From Octopus vulgaris (lineage: Eukaryota), in contig OX597814.1 in NCBI GenBank assembly GCA_951406725.2, positions 127,038,001 to 127,102,000 on the forward strand: a DNA stretch of 64,000 bases. Reading direction: 5' to 3'. This document shows, one piece after another, positions 27,843-40,792 of the stretch. Each line of letters begins with the position of its first letter. The stretch's first letter is position 1. The position numbers and the translations under genes were made by a program. The notes beneath the pieces are model-generated. The model searched no databases. It was not told the origin of the DNA and saw only the letters and a program-made list of their open reading frames with translations.

Positions 27843-27891
<49 letters not shown>

Positions 27892-28125
27892 TATATATAC
27901 AGACATATACAAATATATATATATATACATTCATACATATATATACACATACACATATATATGTATATGTATATATAAATATATATATACATTCATACAT
28001 ATATATACACATACGCATATATATATGTATATATAAATATATATATACATACATACAAATGTATATATAAATATATATATACATACATACATATGTATAT
28101 ATAAATATATATATACATACATACA
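27636..28125. repeat. Compound (TA)/(TACA) microsatellite field containing a short dispersed repeat
   Basis: Low complexity; 27715-27820 is an inverted homolog of 32465-32565. Confidence 0.85.
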
Positions 28126-28775
28126 TATCATCATCATCATCATCGTTTAACGTCCGTTCTCCATGCTAGCATGGGTTGGACGGTTCGACCGGGGTTCTGG
28201 GAAGCCAGAAGGCTGCACCAGGCTCCAGTCTAATCTGGCAATGTTTCTACAGCTGGATGCCCTTCCTAACGCCAACCACTCCGTGAGTGTAGTGGGTGCT
28301 TTTTACGTGCCACCTGCACAGGTGCCAGGCGAGGCTGGCAACGGTCACGGTCGGATTGGTGTATTTTATGTGCCACCGACACAGAAGCCAGTTGAGGCGG
28401 TGCTGGCATCGGCCACGAGTCGGATAGTGCTTTTTACGTACCACCAGACCAGGGATCCTGGCTGGTTCAATTCGATTTCGATTTCGCTTGCCCCAACATG
28501 TCTTCACAAGCAAAGGGGTTTGGCATGGGTGCCTGTCGTATGGTCGGATTGGAGTATTTTACGTGCCACCGGCACGGAAGCCAGTCGAAGCGGCGCTGGC
28601 ATCGGCCACGAGTCGGATAGTGCTTTTTACGTACCACCAGACCAGGGATCCTGGCTGGTTCAATTCGGTTTCGATTTCGATTGCCCCAACATGTCTTCGC
28701 AAGCAGAGGGGGTTGGCATGGGTGTCTGTCGTCGGATGAGGTTCTATATCGACTTCGCTTGCCTCAACAGGTCTT
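28126..28775 (-). mobile_element. RTE 3' UTR with an internal ~193-bp tandem duplication
   Basis: (cat)n tail; 28348-28540 is repeated at 28541-28731. Confidence 0.85.
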
Positions 28776-28860
28776 TGTGTATATATGTATATATAAATAT
28801 ATATATACATACATACATATGTATATGTATATATAAATATATACATACATACGTATGTAC

Positions 28861-28896
<36 letters not shown>

Positions 28897-28899
28897 TGT

Positions 28900-29950
28900 A
28901 CCAGGTTGCTGGAAAGGCCCTCTGTAGGGTAATGCTGGATATATTGCTTCTGCACATTGCTGTTATAGTTCTACCAGAATCACAATGTGGGTTTAGGGAT
29001 AGTAGGAGTACTATGGATATGATATTTTCGGCTAGACAGTTGCAAGAGAAGTGCATCAAAAAGGATATGGACTAATACCAGACTTTCATTGACCTAACAA
29101 AAGCGTTTGATTCTATCAATAGAATTGCACTTTGGGAGATCCTAGAAGAGCTAGGATGCCCTGAAAAATTTGTGAGAATGCTTAGACAATTTCACGACAA
29201 GATGGAAGAGAGAGTTAATGTTGGAAGTACCTTATCAGATCCAATTTCTGTAGAAAATGGTGTAAAGTAAGGTGGTATTCCTGCTCCTACACTGCTATAT
29301 ATTTCGCAATAGTCTTTCAAATAGCTTTTAAAGATTGCCCTGAAGGGGTCTATATAAGATATAGGACAACAGGAAAACTGTTCAATCTCAAAACAAAGTT
29401 CTGCATTCTCACCTTGTTGAGTTTCTGTACGCAGATGATTGCGACCTGTTAGCACATTCTCAAAAAGATATGCAGCACATGATGAATGCGATTTCTGCAG
29501 CACTGGGTTTAACAATCAATCTAAAAAAACTGTTATAATGTACCAGTCCACGTCCTCCATGATGTATGTGGAACCTTTCACAACTGTGAATGGTCAAAGG
29601 TTGGAGACTGTACCTAGATTTATTTATTTAGGAAGGACCTTGAGTACTGCTGGTTTTGATGATGAAATTTCATACAGAATCAGCAGGGCTAGTAGTGCTT
29701 TTGGCAGGCTTGATGGGCGTCTGTGGAAACAACATATCTTCACAAATTAAAGTTATGGTATATAACACATGCGTCCTCCCATCTTTGCTATATGGGAGTG
29801 AAGCATGGGTTGTTTACCATAGGCAGGTAAGGCAATTGGAACAATTTCATCAATACTGTCTGAGAAAAAAATTGTGGAAGGGTATGCCTCTCAGTTGGAG
29901 GTCCAAAAAGACATGTTAAAAGAGTGCATATGGTGACACCTGTTTCTCCT
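28900..29950 (+). mobile_element. Decayed RTE/BovB-type LINE RT fragment (different family)
   Basis: LPESQCGFRDSRSTMDMIFSARQLQEKC, DLTKAFDSI, YADD, FIYLG and LLYGSEAW. Confidence 0.8.
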
Positions 29951-30199
29951 GCCAGCCAGCACAGTTGTCTAGTAATATGTGTAAAAGCTTGCTGGGCTTA
30001 AAAGTCACATAAGGGCATCACATGGCAACAATCATGAATCACTTCAGTAAGTCTTCTTGGCGATGGTTTTTCTTGTGTAAGGATGCAACTATGATATGTG
30101 TGTGTGTATATATATGTATCTTTTATCATATACTGGTTTCAGCCTGTGGCTGAGGTCATGCTGGTGCATCACCTGTAGTTACTCAGTGTTGTTTCCGAT

Positions 30200-32050
30200 A
30201 TTGTTTTTGGTGAGGTAGCGAATTGGATGGACCTGCTCTTCTTTTCATCTCCTACCGTGATGTGGGTTCAGATAGAAACCTGTTCAGACGTCCCTTGAAA
30301 ACTTCCACATGAACACCATGTAGATCTCTAAGGTTGCTTGGAAGGATGTTGAACAATTGCAGGCTCTTAAAACCCAGACTATTGCAGTACTGTGTCTTTA
30401 CTTTAGATGGGGAAGATGGGATCTTTGGTGCTGTCCAGTCCAAGAATTGGTATAGCTGTAAATTCCAAAATTGAGAGCTAAACCCTCCAAGATCTTCCAA
30501 ATATATATCACTACATATATCTCTCTCATCTTCTTTCCAGGGAATAGAGACTCAGCTCCTTTAGCCTCTCCCAGTAGCCCATCTTTTGCATCGAATCAAT
30601 CTTCTTTGTGTATTGGCGCTGGATTGCTTCGTGTTTAACAGTTTGTTTCACACTCTCTGGGGACCATAGTTGGGATTAGTAGTCCAAAAGTCTTCCATAG
30701 GGTTAGCAGGACTTCCCTTTTACTTGTTTTGAATGTCCTCAGAATCCATCCAGCCACTTGCCTGAACAGTGTTCTCAACTTGGGAATATGCACATGGAAT
30801 GTTGCATCATTACTCATGTGAACCCCCAGGTCATGCACTGACTCTGACTCTGGGGTCATATTACCTTCTGGTCCAGTGTATTCCGATATTAGCCTGGTGT
30901 TGGACTGATAGTGGAGCGCCTGAAATTTCATAGCATTGAACTGCATGTTATTTTTGTTAGCCCATTTGTAGATTTTTGTTCAGGTCTTTCTGCAGTTTTA
31001 TTATGCCCTCTGAGTTCCTAACTGCCTGTGATACTTTTGTGTCGTCAGCATAACTGGTCAAATTGGCTAACTGTACTGTGACATATGCTATGATCATGCT
31101 CGTCGAAAGCCTTGGCAAAGCCGAGGTATATCGCATCTACAGCTGACTGGTTTAGCTGTTGCATCAGACCCAGTCAAAGTGCTGCAGCAACTGTGCGAGG
31201 CATCTCCTCCCTGGATGGAAACCATGTTGTGTGTTTGTGAGAAGGATGTTTTCTTCTAGGAATGTGATCAGTCTTTTTCTGACAATGTGTTCCATTGTCT
31301 TGCTAACATGTGAGGTCAGAGAGATGGGCCTGTAGTCTTTAGCATCTGCTCTACTCCCTCTTTTATGGACAGCATGTTGGGAAGTTTACCACATGCAAGG
31401 AAACTCTGAAAAAGTATCTGCAGTGGCTTTGCAAGAGCCTTCTTACATGTCTTTAAGAGAAGAGCTGGGAGTCTATCTGGGCCTGTTGCTGAGTTTGATC
31501 TCATGTCATCAATGGCCAATATTACATCTTCTGTTATGTTGATGTAATCAATGGTTGCCTCTTTTCCGAATAGATTCATTACGCTGAAAAACTCCTTCGG
31601 CTTGTTTATTTGCATATATTCCAGTGGAGAAGTGAAAACATTTTGGAATTATTTATTTAGTGTTTCACTTATCTTCCTCGGGTCTGCAGTTTCTGAGCCA
31701 TTTTTACCAAATAGCGGCCCTATCTTATAGCGTACGGAGGCTGACTCCTTTGCCAATGTGTAGAAGGGTTTAGGATTTCTTTTTGTATTTTCGACTGCCA
31801 GGTTTCTCTTTCTTTTTCATGGGAGAGTTTGGGTTTATTTTCTATCTAGAAGAGTTCCTCTGTCAGGTGGGATTTCACACTGTCATTAAGGTGTTTGTTT
31901 AAATGATTCAAGATCTTTATTCTCCGTGGCATGGGTATTCTTCTCTCAGGGAAATGATGTTTTAGTGTGTATTGGCTCCCTTCTATGGGACATATTTAAT
32001 GCATAAGGCTCGCATTATTGACATGAATTTATTGAGTTTAATATCTATAT
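30200..32050 (-). mobile_element. Decayed CR1/L2-like LINE fragment
   Basis: SATGPDRLPALLLK (31316..31615), YLGFAKAFD (~31105-31130), YADDTK (~31037-31055), MQFNAMKF..DLGV (30635..30946) and LFNILP (30252..30500). Confidence 0.75.
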
Positions 32051-32119
32051 CTTGCATAGAGAGGATTTTAGACCAGTCCTGCTGAAGCATCTGTTTCAAG
32101 TGACTTCCTGTATGTATGT

Positions 32120-32329
32120 GTCCGAACGTGGCCGATGCCAGACCCCTCTGGCACCTGTGCAGGTGGCACGTAAAAAAACACCCACTACACTCGCGGAGTG
32201 GTTGGCGTTAGGAAGGGCATCCAGCTGTAGAAACACTGCCAGACTAGACTGGAGCCTGGGGCAGTCCCGAGCTCCCCAGACCCCGGTCGAAACCGTCCAA
32301 CCCGTGCTAGCGCGGAAAACGGACGTTAA

Positions 32330-32364
<35 letters not shown>
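32120..32364 (+). mobile_element. Young RTE 3' tail with (GAT)n
   Basis: Same terminal module as 12200-12453. Confidence 0.9.
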
Positions 32365-32410
<46 letters not shown>

Positions 32411-32557
32411 TTTAAAAAATATATTTTATTTATGTCTATCATTGTTTGAATTGCATAATAGTGGTTTTTCTCTAATTTATATATTATATATTTATATTGT
32501 GAAATTTGATTTAATACTAAATAGAATTTTTCCCTGTAAGTTTGGAGTTATACTCCC

Positions 32558-32599
<42 letters not shown>

Positions 32600-32639
32600 T
32601 GTATGTGTGTGTGTGTGTATATATATACATACATATGAC

Positions 32640-33652
32640 AGTCGGTTGCCATAACAAAACTCAGAGTTTCAGATGTCGGGGCAGAAGTCTGCTCCAGCAT
32701 CTCGTCAGTTATTAAGGCAAACAAAAATGCTATGAAAATGACTGTTAAATAAAGGGAAATTATTATGAAGATGACCGTTATTAAGACAAACAAAAGAGCT
32801 ATGAGAATGACCGTTAAATAAAGGGAAATTATCTGAACAGGGAGAAAGTAAGAATATTCGAAGAAGGTAAACCTATGCTCATAGAATCTGTGTATACGTG
32901 CATGTACATACACATGCGCACACCCAGTGCATGTGCGTATATGCACGTGCTCACTCACACTCACGTGAAACATACATGCACATCCACACCAAATGTATAC
33001 ATATATATGCATCCATACACATGTACATACCTGCACACACACGTATATATATCCATACATGCACAACTATGTTCATATACACATCACTATATGCACATGC
33101 ACAAAAACGCAGAGTGAAAGGTAATGTACAGGAAAAATATATAAAAATACATAAAGCAATAGAATATATATAAAGATATGTAAGAAATGAACTCCTTGTA
33201 TGTGGACACAATATAAAAAGATTCTATCTATGATCTTGGAGAGACCAAAAACGCAACAAATATTGTGGACACGATCCAAAATGTTCAGTTCTTGAATTTA
33301 GACATGTAGCAGGGTCTAAGCTGCTTTTCCAGATGAGCCATCTTTCCATATCACAAAGACCGTACTTTCCACTGCCGTTGGTGTAAGGCTTACACTTGGC
33401 TAAGATTTTCCAATGGATGTTATAGTTGACACCTTTTTTTTTAAGGACCATATATAACTGGATAATTTGGTAGTTTTTCTTTTTTCCCCAGTGTCTGAAG
33501 CTGAAGGTATGATTGTTGAACCTGGCTTTGAAATTCCCCTCTGTGAGATCCACATATTTCTTTGACGAAACTATGTCCTTAGTGGTTGTGGAGTCTATGG
33601 TGGCTTCATAAATGATGGTCTCCAACATGCAAGCTCCTTGTGCCCACTAAAT
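32640..33652 (-). mobile_element. 5'-truncated Penelope-like element: GIY-YIG end plus 3' pLTR
   Basis: ORF 33224..33628 (IIYEAT..KYVDLTEGNFKARFNNH..LCDMER) is nearly identical to the C-terminus of ORF 38319..40451; the UTR is homologous to 40580-40700. Confidence 0.9.
32653..32713 (-). ncRNA. Type I hammerhead ribozyme with canonical core
   Basis: Minus strand reads AAUAA-CUGACGA-[GAUG...GCAG acUU CUGC...CAUC u]-GAAA-CUCuGAG-UU-UUGUU; stems I, II and III pair. Confidence 0.8.
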
Positions 33653-34616
33653 GGAGATAAATTCCTCTATTTACATAATAACATAATATCAAGGTCTCAT
33701 TCATTCTTTTGTTGTCATATTATCTTACTTGATTTCGAAAAAATGTTCAGGTCAACGGCGGGCGTAATTAGTTTAAGCTTCTAAGAGAAATAACCCATTC
33801 ACACCTTCATAAATTAGTGTTTTTAAGGTACCAAGGAAAATAACCCATACCCTCCTTTGTAAATTATTTGTAAAAATGAAATTGAATATACTTATTTCTT
33901 AGTGTTTGAACTATTTTAATTATTTCCTCAATTTATCCAGTACAAGGCTTAAACAAGTTAATAGTATTCTCCTAAACAATAGATCCACTTATTTCAGTTA
34001 GTGACTTATTCACGAATATACCAACTCTAGCGCTGCTGAGGGTAATATTCTCTGGGAATGCACAAAAGCTTTTTTCACAGTTAATTACTTTGAATTGTTA
34101 TTATCTCATATCTGATTAGCCTGTTATTACATAAAATGTATCACGATTTTAGTATACATACCTTATTAGTACTTCCTCCTATGTTCTATATACTCTGGGA
34201 ACATATTAAAGCCCTTTTCGGGGCTACTTCATTTGAATTCTTACTATAGGGTAATTAATTTTATGTTATTACATAACTGACTTTGCAATTTGGGTATTTG
34301 TAACTCATTGGGAATTCCTAAAAACATCTTTTATAAGACAGTTCGGTATCCTCAATAAATACACAAAAAACATTTTAAGGGCTACATACTTTGTATTGTT
34401 GTTACTGGATTAGCAAAACAATTATTAGAATGGAACCAAGGGATAAACCCGCTTTCCCAGGAATTACTGGGCATGTCACCTGGTATCTATAAAACTATCA
34501 AAAGTTTGTTTATTTTTATGTTTTTTGATTTATTATTAGTGTTGCTTAATATGCTTTGCTAAAATTGCTATTTCTTTTCAGACATCATCAGAAAAAGGTA
34601 AATAAAATTCATCAAC

Positions 34617-35420
34617 ATGACAGATCTATTGGACTTTCAAAGAGGTCAAATTGTGGTGCTCATATGGCAGGTGCTAGCATAATGAAAACAGCCAAAATGT
34701 TTGGTGTATCAAAAAGTACTGTCTTGAAAGTAATGACAGCCTTTGAGAAAGAAGGGATAAACCTCCTTGTCGAAACAAAACTCTGGAAAAAAAAAACAAA
34801 ACCTTCAGATAGGGACCATCGGATTCTTACGCGAATTGTTAGAAAGGATCACAAAAATACAACTCCCAAGATTACTGCAGAGCTTAATGACCACGTCGAG
34901 AACCCAGTTTCCACAAAAACTGCACACCGGGAGCTGCAGAAAGCAAGATTTCATGGGAGGGCTGCAATCAAAAAACCACTACTTTCAAAAACAAACATTG
35001 CAAAGTGTTTAGAGTGGAGTAAAAGCTTACAGAATTGGTCCCTAGAGCAGTGGAAGAATGTTATTTTCTTGGACGAGTCATCCTTTGCCTTATTTCCGAC
35101 CACCAGCCGAGTATATGTGTGGTGACAGTCAAAAGAAGCATTTGACCCAGACTACCTTCTTCTAACTATTAAACATGGAGGAGGATCTGTGATTATATGG
35201 GTGGGGGTTATCTTGGAAATCTGCCAGCCCAATGGTTTCCCTTCATGGCAGAATTAATAGTCAAGACTATTTAAGCATTTTATCCAATTAAATTCATCCT
35301 ATGGTTGCGAAATTGTTTCTGGAGGGGAACACAATGCACCAATTCACACAGCTAAAGTTGCTACTGAATGGCAAGAGGAACATTCTAGTGAAGTTGAATA
35401 TCTTATCTAGCCACTAGAGT
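34617..35420 (+). pseudogene. Tc1/mariner transposase remnant
   Basis: MTDLLDFQRGQI start; HTH region; WKNVIFLDES; KHGGGSVIIW; NAPIHTA; frameshifts and stops present. Confidence 0.88.
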
Positions 35421-36079
35421 CCGATAATTCTGCATTTTTACAGCTAGATTTTTTCTATGACAGTAGAAAAATCTTTTATTTCACAACGTATTTGTAGTGG
35501 CTTCATGCAGGCATAGAGTTGATTCGATCCTTGATTGCCAAATTTCACTTAACACTTCAACACTGCTTTTCTCACGGTAAAACAATAGTTTTTCTGTGAA
35601 TGACAGCAGTTATACATTTCCCAGATGCCTTCATTAAGCAGAATAATGTCATTGCTGTTTGACCCTTCTAACCTGTTCTAGGCCACCAATGGCTGGAATA
35701 GAGATAACAGACCTCCAATGAAATCATTTGTTCTCATATGTCCATCCTTCTGGCTGCTTTTCCATAGTTATAAAAACAAGAACTCCGTAAGCTAAAGGCA
35801 GTTACTGAGAGTAACCATCACTAAGTGTGAACATTACTATTGCACTTCAAACTCTTCATTCATATATTTATATAACCTCTCTCACCAACCTCCGAAAATC
35901 TCTCTCGCCAACCTCCAACAATCTCTCCCTCCTCCAGCGGACAGTTTTTTGTACTTTTTCGTCACGGGAAATACAGCTTTTGTGGAAGTTATAACTAATT
36001 TGCTTTCTTATATCAGAGTAATAAGGCGTTTCAATAGAACATCTTTAACCCCAGAAATTACCGGGTAGAGATTGCCTTA

Positions 36080-36785
36080 ACGTGTCACTGGCACAGGGGC
36101 CAGAGGGGGCTGGCATCGACCACGTTTGGATGACGCTTTTACATGCCACCGGCATGGGAGGAAGGAGGGGCTAGCATCAACCACGTTTGGATGGTACTTT
36201 TATGTGCCACTGGCATGAGAACCAGTCAAGGCAGTGCTGGCATCAGCCACATTTGGATGGTGCTTTTTATATGCCACCGCACAGGAGCCAGGGGGCTGGC
36301 ATCAACCATGTTTGGATGGTGTTTTTTACATGTCACTAGCATGGGGAGCCAGATAGGCGGCGCTGGCATCATCCACAGCTATAATTTCCATTTGATTGTG
36401 GTTTGATTTGATTTTGATGTACTTGACTCAATAGGTCTCCTCAAGCATAGGGTGTTGCCCGACAATCCAAAGGCACTTTTTGAGTGGGCTGGTTATGCAA
36501 CACTGGCGTAAGCTACAGCTGTGATCTCACTTTATTTGCTGGGTCTTCTCCGTCACAGCATATCTCCAGAGGTCTCGGTCTTTCGTCATTGTCTCTGTGT
36601 ATACACACACACACACACACACACATATACATATATCATCATCATCATCGTTTAACATCCGCTTTCCATGCTAGCATGGGTTGGATGATTTGATTGAGGA
36701 CTGGCGAACCAGATGGCTGCACCAGGCTCCAATCTGATCTGGCAGAGTTTCTACAGCTGGATGCCATTCCTAAATCCAACCACTA
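36080..36785 (-). mobile_element. RTE 3' UTR pieces
   Basis: Tandem 'ggatggtgctttt' modules, plus a (cat)n tail at ~36637. Confidence 0.8.
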
Positions 36786-36804
36786 TAAATATATATATAT
36801 ATAC

Positions 36805-36855
<51 letters not shown>

Positions 36856-38465
36856 GAGAAGCTAGGAGACAGGTTTATTTAGCCAGAGGGGAAGCAGATA
36901 AGAAAAAATTTGCCAATGTTCTGCACCGTGAGGACCAAAGACTTGAGGTATTTCGTGTTGCAAGACAGAGTGTGTGAGAGAGAATCGTGATGTGGTAGGA
37001 GAGAAATGTGTTCGCATGGATGATGGTTCACTTGCGCTAAATGAGGATGAAAAGAGAGAGGTTTGGAGATGCCATTATGAAAGGTTGCTGAATAAAGAAA
37101 ATGAATGTCGACCCAACAGGGACCAGCTATCCGAGTTGACAGTTCTTTGGTAGTCAAGGCAATTAGAAGCATGAAGACAGGGAAAGCCCCAGGCCCATCA
37201 GGAATTACTGCAGAGATGCTCAAAATATCTGGTAGTGTCGGCTATAGCCTAGTCACCTGTATAGTTAACCAGGTGATACACGAAGGAGTTATACCCAATG
37301 ACTGGTGTAGCAGAATAATAGTCAACTCCTACAAAGGTAAAGGTGACACCCTAGATACAAATAATTACAGAGGTATCGAGCTGTTGGATCAGGTAATGAA
37401 GGTTACGGAGAGGGTTATAGCCCAACTAATTAGAGAGAGAGAGTTAGTTTAGATCAGATGCTGTTTGGGTTCGTGCCAGAGAAAAGCACCACTGATGCCA
37501 TATTCCTGGTAAGAGAGCTGCAGGAGAAATACCAAGCCAAAGATAAGCCCCTGTACCTGGATTTCATTGACATGGAGAAAGCCTTCGACAGGGTCCTCAG
37601 ATCCCTTATCTGGTGGTCAATGAGGAAACTAGGGATAGATGAGTGGTTAGTGACAGCTGTACAAGCCATGTACAGGGACGCTGCTAGTAAGGTGAGGGTT
37701 GGCAACGAGGGCAGTGAAGAATTCCGGGTAGAGATAGGGGTCCACCAAGGTTCAGTCCTCAGCCCCCTCCCATTTATCATAGTCCTCCAAGCAATAACGG
37801 AGGAATTCAAGACAGGATGCCCCTAGGAGCTCCTCTACGCTGATGACCTTGCTCTAATTGCTGAGTCACTATCAGAACTGGAGAAGTTTCAGGTGTGGAA
37901 GCAAGGATTAGAATCGAAGGACCTTAGAGTCAACCTATCTAAAACCGAAGTCCTAATAAGTAGGAAGGTAGACAAGTCACAAACGCCTTCAGGTAGATGG
38001 CTCGATCTGTAGAAAAGGCGTAGGTAGAAACTCTATTAGATGCACCTAGTGTAAGCTATGGACATATAAGAGGTGTAGTAACGTCAAAGGAAGGCTAACG
38101 AGGAAGATAGTTTTGTATGTGGCAGAAGCTCAGGAGCAATAAACACTGAAAATGCGCAGAGACCAACTTCCACCACATTCCAGGGAGAAAAACTAGAAGT
38201 AGTTGATAGCTTCCACTACCTAGGTGACCAAGTCAGTAGCAGGGGTGGGTGTGCTGAAAGTGTAACTGCTAGAGTAAGAATAGCTTGAGCAAAGTTCAGA
38301 GAGCTCTTACCCCTGCTGGTGACAAAAGGCCTCTCGCTCAGAGTAAAAGGCAGACTGTATGACGCATGTGTACGAACAGCCATGCTACATGGCAGTGAAA
38401 CATGGGCCGTGACTGCTGAGGATATGCGTAAGCTCACAAGAAATGAAACCAGTATGCTCCGATGG
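36856..38465 (+). mobile_element. RTE LINE internal fragment (RT), broken by stops
   Basis: ORFs 37105..37452 and 37458..37826; YADD at ~37836; ends abruptly at ETSMLRW (38465). Confidence 0.9.
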
Positions 38466-40451
38466 AACACCAAGGAAAACATTTGCTATCGGATAAAATC
38501 CAAAAAATTCCCTCCTAGGATTAAAGGCTTGGAAGATTTCGAAGCGGACCTGCTGAAGATCATGAGCAAAATAAAGTTTCGTAAGTCTTTTAACAATTTC
38601 CAACATAAATTGAAGAAAGATATTGATCATATAAAAAGCTCCAAGAAAAAAGCACTTTTTTCGGATAAAACCAAGAACTTATACCTGGTAGATAACAGCA
38701 AATACACACAACTCTTACACAACAGCATCATTAATAATTATACTAAGGCTAGGGCACAGACATATAACGAAATTAATAAAGAAGCTAGCGTCATCGCCGC
38801 TAAACTTAAATTAGATAAAAAAATAGAAACCCTCCCCCAAAAAGAGGCCTTTATTACTATTAAAGACCACAAAGAAAACTTCCTTTCCAATCCTAAATGT
38901 AGGCTTATCAACCCAGCCAAGTCAGAACTAGGGATTATTAGCAAAGAAATTTTAGATAAAATAAATACGAAAATTAAGACCGATACTAGGCTAGTGCAAT
39001 GGTCCAATAGTATAGAAGTCGTAGACTGGTTTAAAGCTATTAAGAATAAGAAAAAAGCGAGGTTTACACAATTCGATATTGTTGATTTTTATGCCTCTAT
39101 CTCTAAAGAACTGCTAGATAAAGCCCTAATCTTCGCTAGTGACTTCATAGAAATTAGTACCAATGATAAGGATATAATCTTCCATGCTAGAAAGACATTA
39201 CTTTTCAGTGAGAATGCAAAGTGGGTAAAAAACACCGACACGGAGGGCGCTTTCGATGTGAGCATGGGTTCATATGATGGGGCAGGCATCTGTGATCTAA
39301 TTGGACTCTTTCTCCTAGATACCTTCAGTAAGACATTCCCTAACGTACATTTCGCCATCTACAAAGATGATGCCCTCGCCTTAACAGCTAATACAAATGG
39401 ACCAGCACAAGATCGTTTTAGGAAGGATATTATCCAGTTAATGAAACACTTCGGACTTAGTATAACTATAGACACTAACCTGACGGTTGTCAATTTCTTA
39501 GACGTTTCCTTAGATCTTAATAATAATATTTATAAGCCTTATAGGAAGCCCAATGATAGACTAAGTTATATTAATGTAGGTTCATGCCATCCCCCTATAG
39601 TATTCAAAAATTTAGTTAAAAATATTAGTAAGAGGATTTCTAGCCTCTCATCTAATGAGGACATCTTCAATAGCGTTGCCCCAGTTTATAATAAAGCTTT
39701 AAAAGATAGTGGTTTTAGCGAAAAAATAAAATATACACCTATCACCAGCCCAACAATAAGGAAAAGGAATAATAGAAATAGGAAGGTCATCTGGTTTACG
39801 CCCCCTTACTCACCCGAGGTGGCCTTCAATATAGGTAAATATTTCCTAGCACTGATAGATAGACATTTTCCAGTTAACCATGCTTATAGGAAACTCTTCA
39901 ATAGACACAATTTAAAAATTAGTTTTAGTTCAACTACCAATTTTAAAAACATAATCAATCATAACATACAAAAAACACAAGAAGAAAACAGCTGTTCATG
40001 CAGGAATAAAGAATTGTGCCCGCTAAATGGAGCTTGCATGTCCAAGACCATCATATATGAAGCTACCGTAAACTCTATAACCACTAAAGACACCGTTTTG
40101 ACGAAGAAATACGTGGGCCTGACAGAGGGTAATTTCAAGGCCAGGTTCAATAACCACACTTTGAGCTTTAGGCACTGGAACAAAAGAAAAGCGACACAAT
40201 TATCCAATCATATTTGGTCTTTAAGAGATAAAGGTGTCGATTATAACATACAATGGAAGATTTTGGCCAGATGTAAGCCCTATACTAACGGCAGCGGAAG
40301 GTGCGGTTTATGCGACATGGAGAGATGGCTTATCTGGAAAAGCAGCTTAGACCCTACCACATGTCTAAATACAAGGACAGAACTTTTCGGATCATGCCCA
40401 CATGTGACTAAATTTCTGTTACGTTTTTGGTCCCCTAAAGAAAACGGATAG
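38319..40451 (+). CDS. Chimeric ORF: ~49 aa RTE C-terminal piece fused to a Penelope-like RT + GIY-YIG endonuclease (Naiad-like)
   Basis: RLINPAKSELG, FDIVDFYASI, MGSYDGA, YKDD, VNFLDV, WFTPPYS, CSC..CPL..C, IIYEA..YVG, RFNNH and CGLC. No internal stop from 38466 to 40451. The Naiad assignment is from recalled motifs. Confidence 0.88.
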   Translation: MTKGLSLRVKGRLYDACVRTAMLHGSETWAVTAEDMRKLTRNETSMLRWNTKENICYRIKSKKFPPRIKGLEDFEADLLKIMSKIKFRKSFNNFQHKLKKDIDHIKSSKKKALFSDKTKNLYLVDNSKYTQLLHNSIINNYTKARAQTYNEINKEASVIAAKLKLDKKIETLPQKEAFITIKDHKENFLSNPKCRLINPAKSELGIISKEILDKINTKIKTDTRLVQWSNSIEVVDWFKAIKNKKKARFTQFDIVDFYASISKELLDKALIFASDFIEISTNDKDIIFHARKTLLFSENAKWVKNTDTEGAFDVSMGSYDGAGICDLIGLFLLDTFSKTFPNVHFAIYKDDALALTANTNGPAQDRFRKDIIQLMKHFGLSITIDTNLTVVNFLDVSLDLNNNIYKPYRKPNDRLSYINVGSCHPPIVFKNLVKNISKRISSLSSNEDIFNSVAPVYNKALKDSGFSEKIKYTPITSPTIRKRNNRNRKVIWFTPPYSPEVAFNIGKYFLALIDRHFPVNHAYRKLFNRHNLKISFSSTTNFKNIINHNIQKTQEENSCSCRNKELCPLNGACMSKTIIYEATVNSITTKDTVLTKKYVGLTEGNFKARFNNHTLSFRHWNKRKATQLSNHIWSLRDKGVDYNIQWKILARCKPYTNGSGRCGLCDMERWLIWKSSLDPTTCLNTRTELFGSCPHVTKFLLRFWSPKENG

Positions 40452-40636
40452 AACATACTTTCTGTGTTATGTCCCAAGAAGATTTTATATATTTTTATAT
40501 ATTTTTATGTATTTTTATATAATTTTTATGACGAAAAATGCGAGCGATGTATAAGTACGCAGGCAAAGCAGAGTTATAACAGAGTAATTTCCCTTCATTT
40601 TTAACGGTATTTTTTCATAACGTTTTCAAATAGCCA

Positions 40637-40697
40637 GATAACCGAAGAGATGGTGTTGTGGATTTCCACTTCGGCATCTGAAACTCAGAGTTTTATC
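40637..40697 (+). ncRNA. Type I hammerhead ribozyme in the PLE 3' pLTR (variant core CCGAAGA)
   Basis: GAUAA-CCGAAGA-[GAUG..GUGGA uu UCCAC..CAUC u]-GAAA-CUCaGAG-UU-UUAUC. Confidence 0.72.
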
Positions 40698-40792
40698 TTG
40701 ACTACCGAGTAATGTAACATATTGTATAGATAAATTTCCTCTATTTACATAATATTGAGGTCTCTTTCTTTCTTTTGTTATCTTACCGTTTT

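Noticed and set aside
27469-29075. ORFs rich in YI/CV/HT repeats, including the 254-aa ORF 28163..28927
   Set aside because: They are translations of microsatellites and the antisense RTE UTR.
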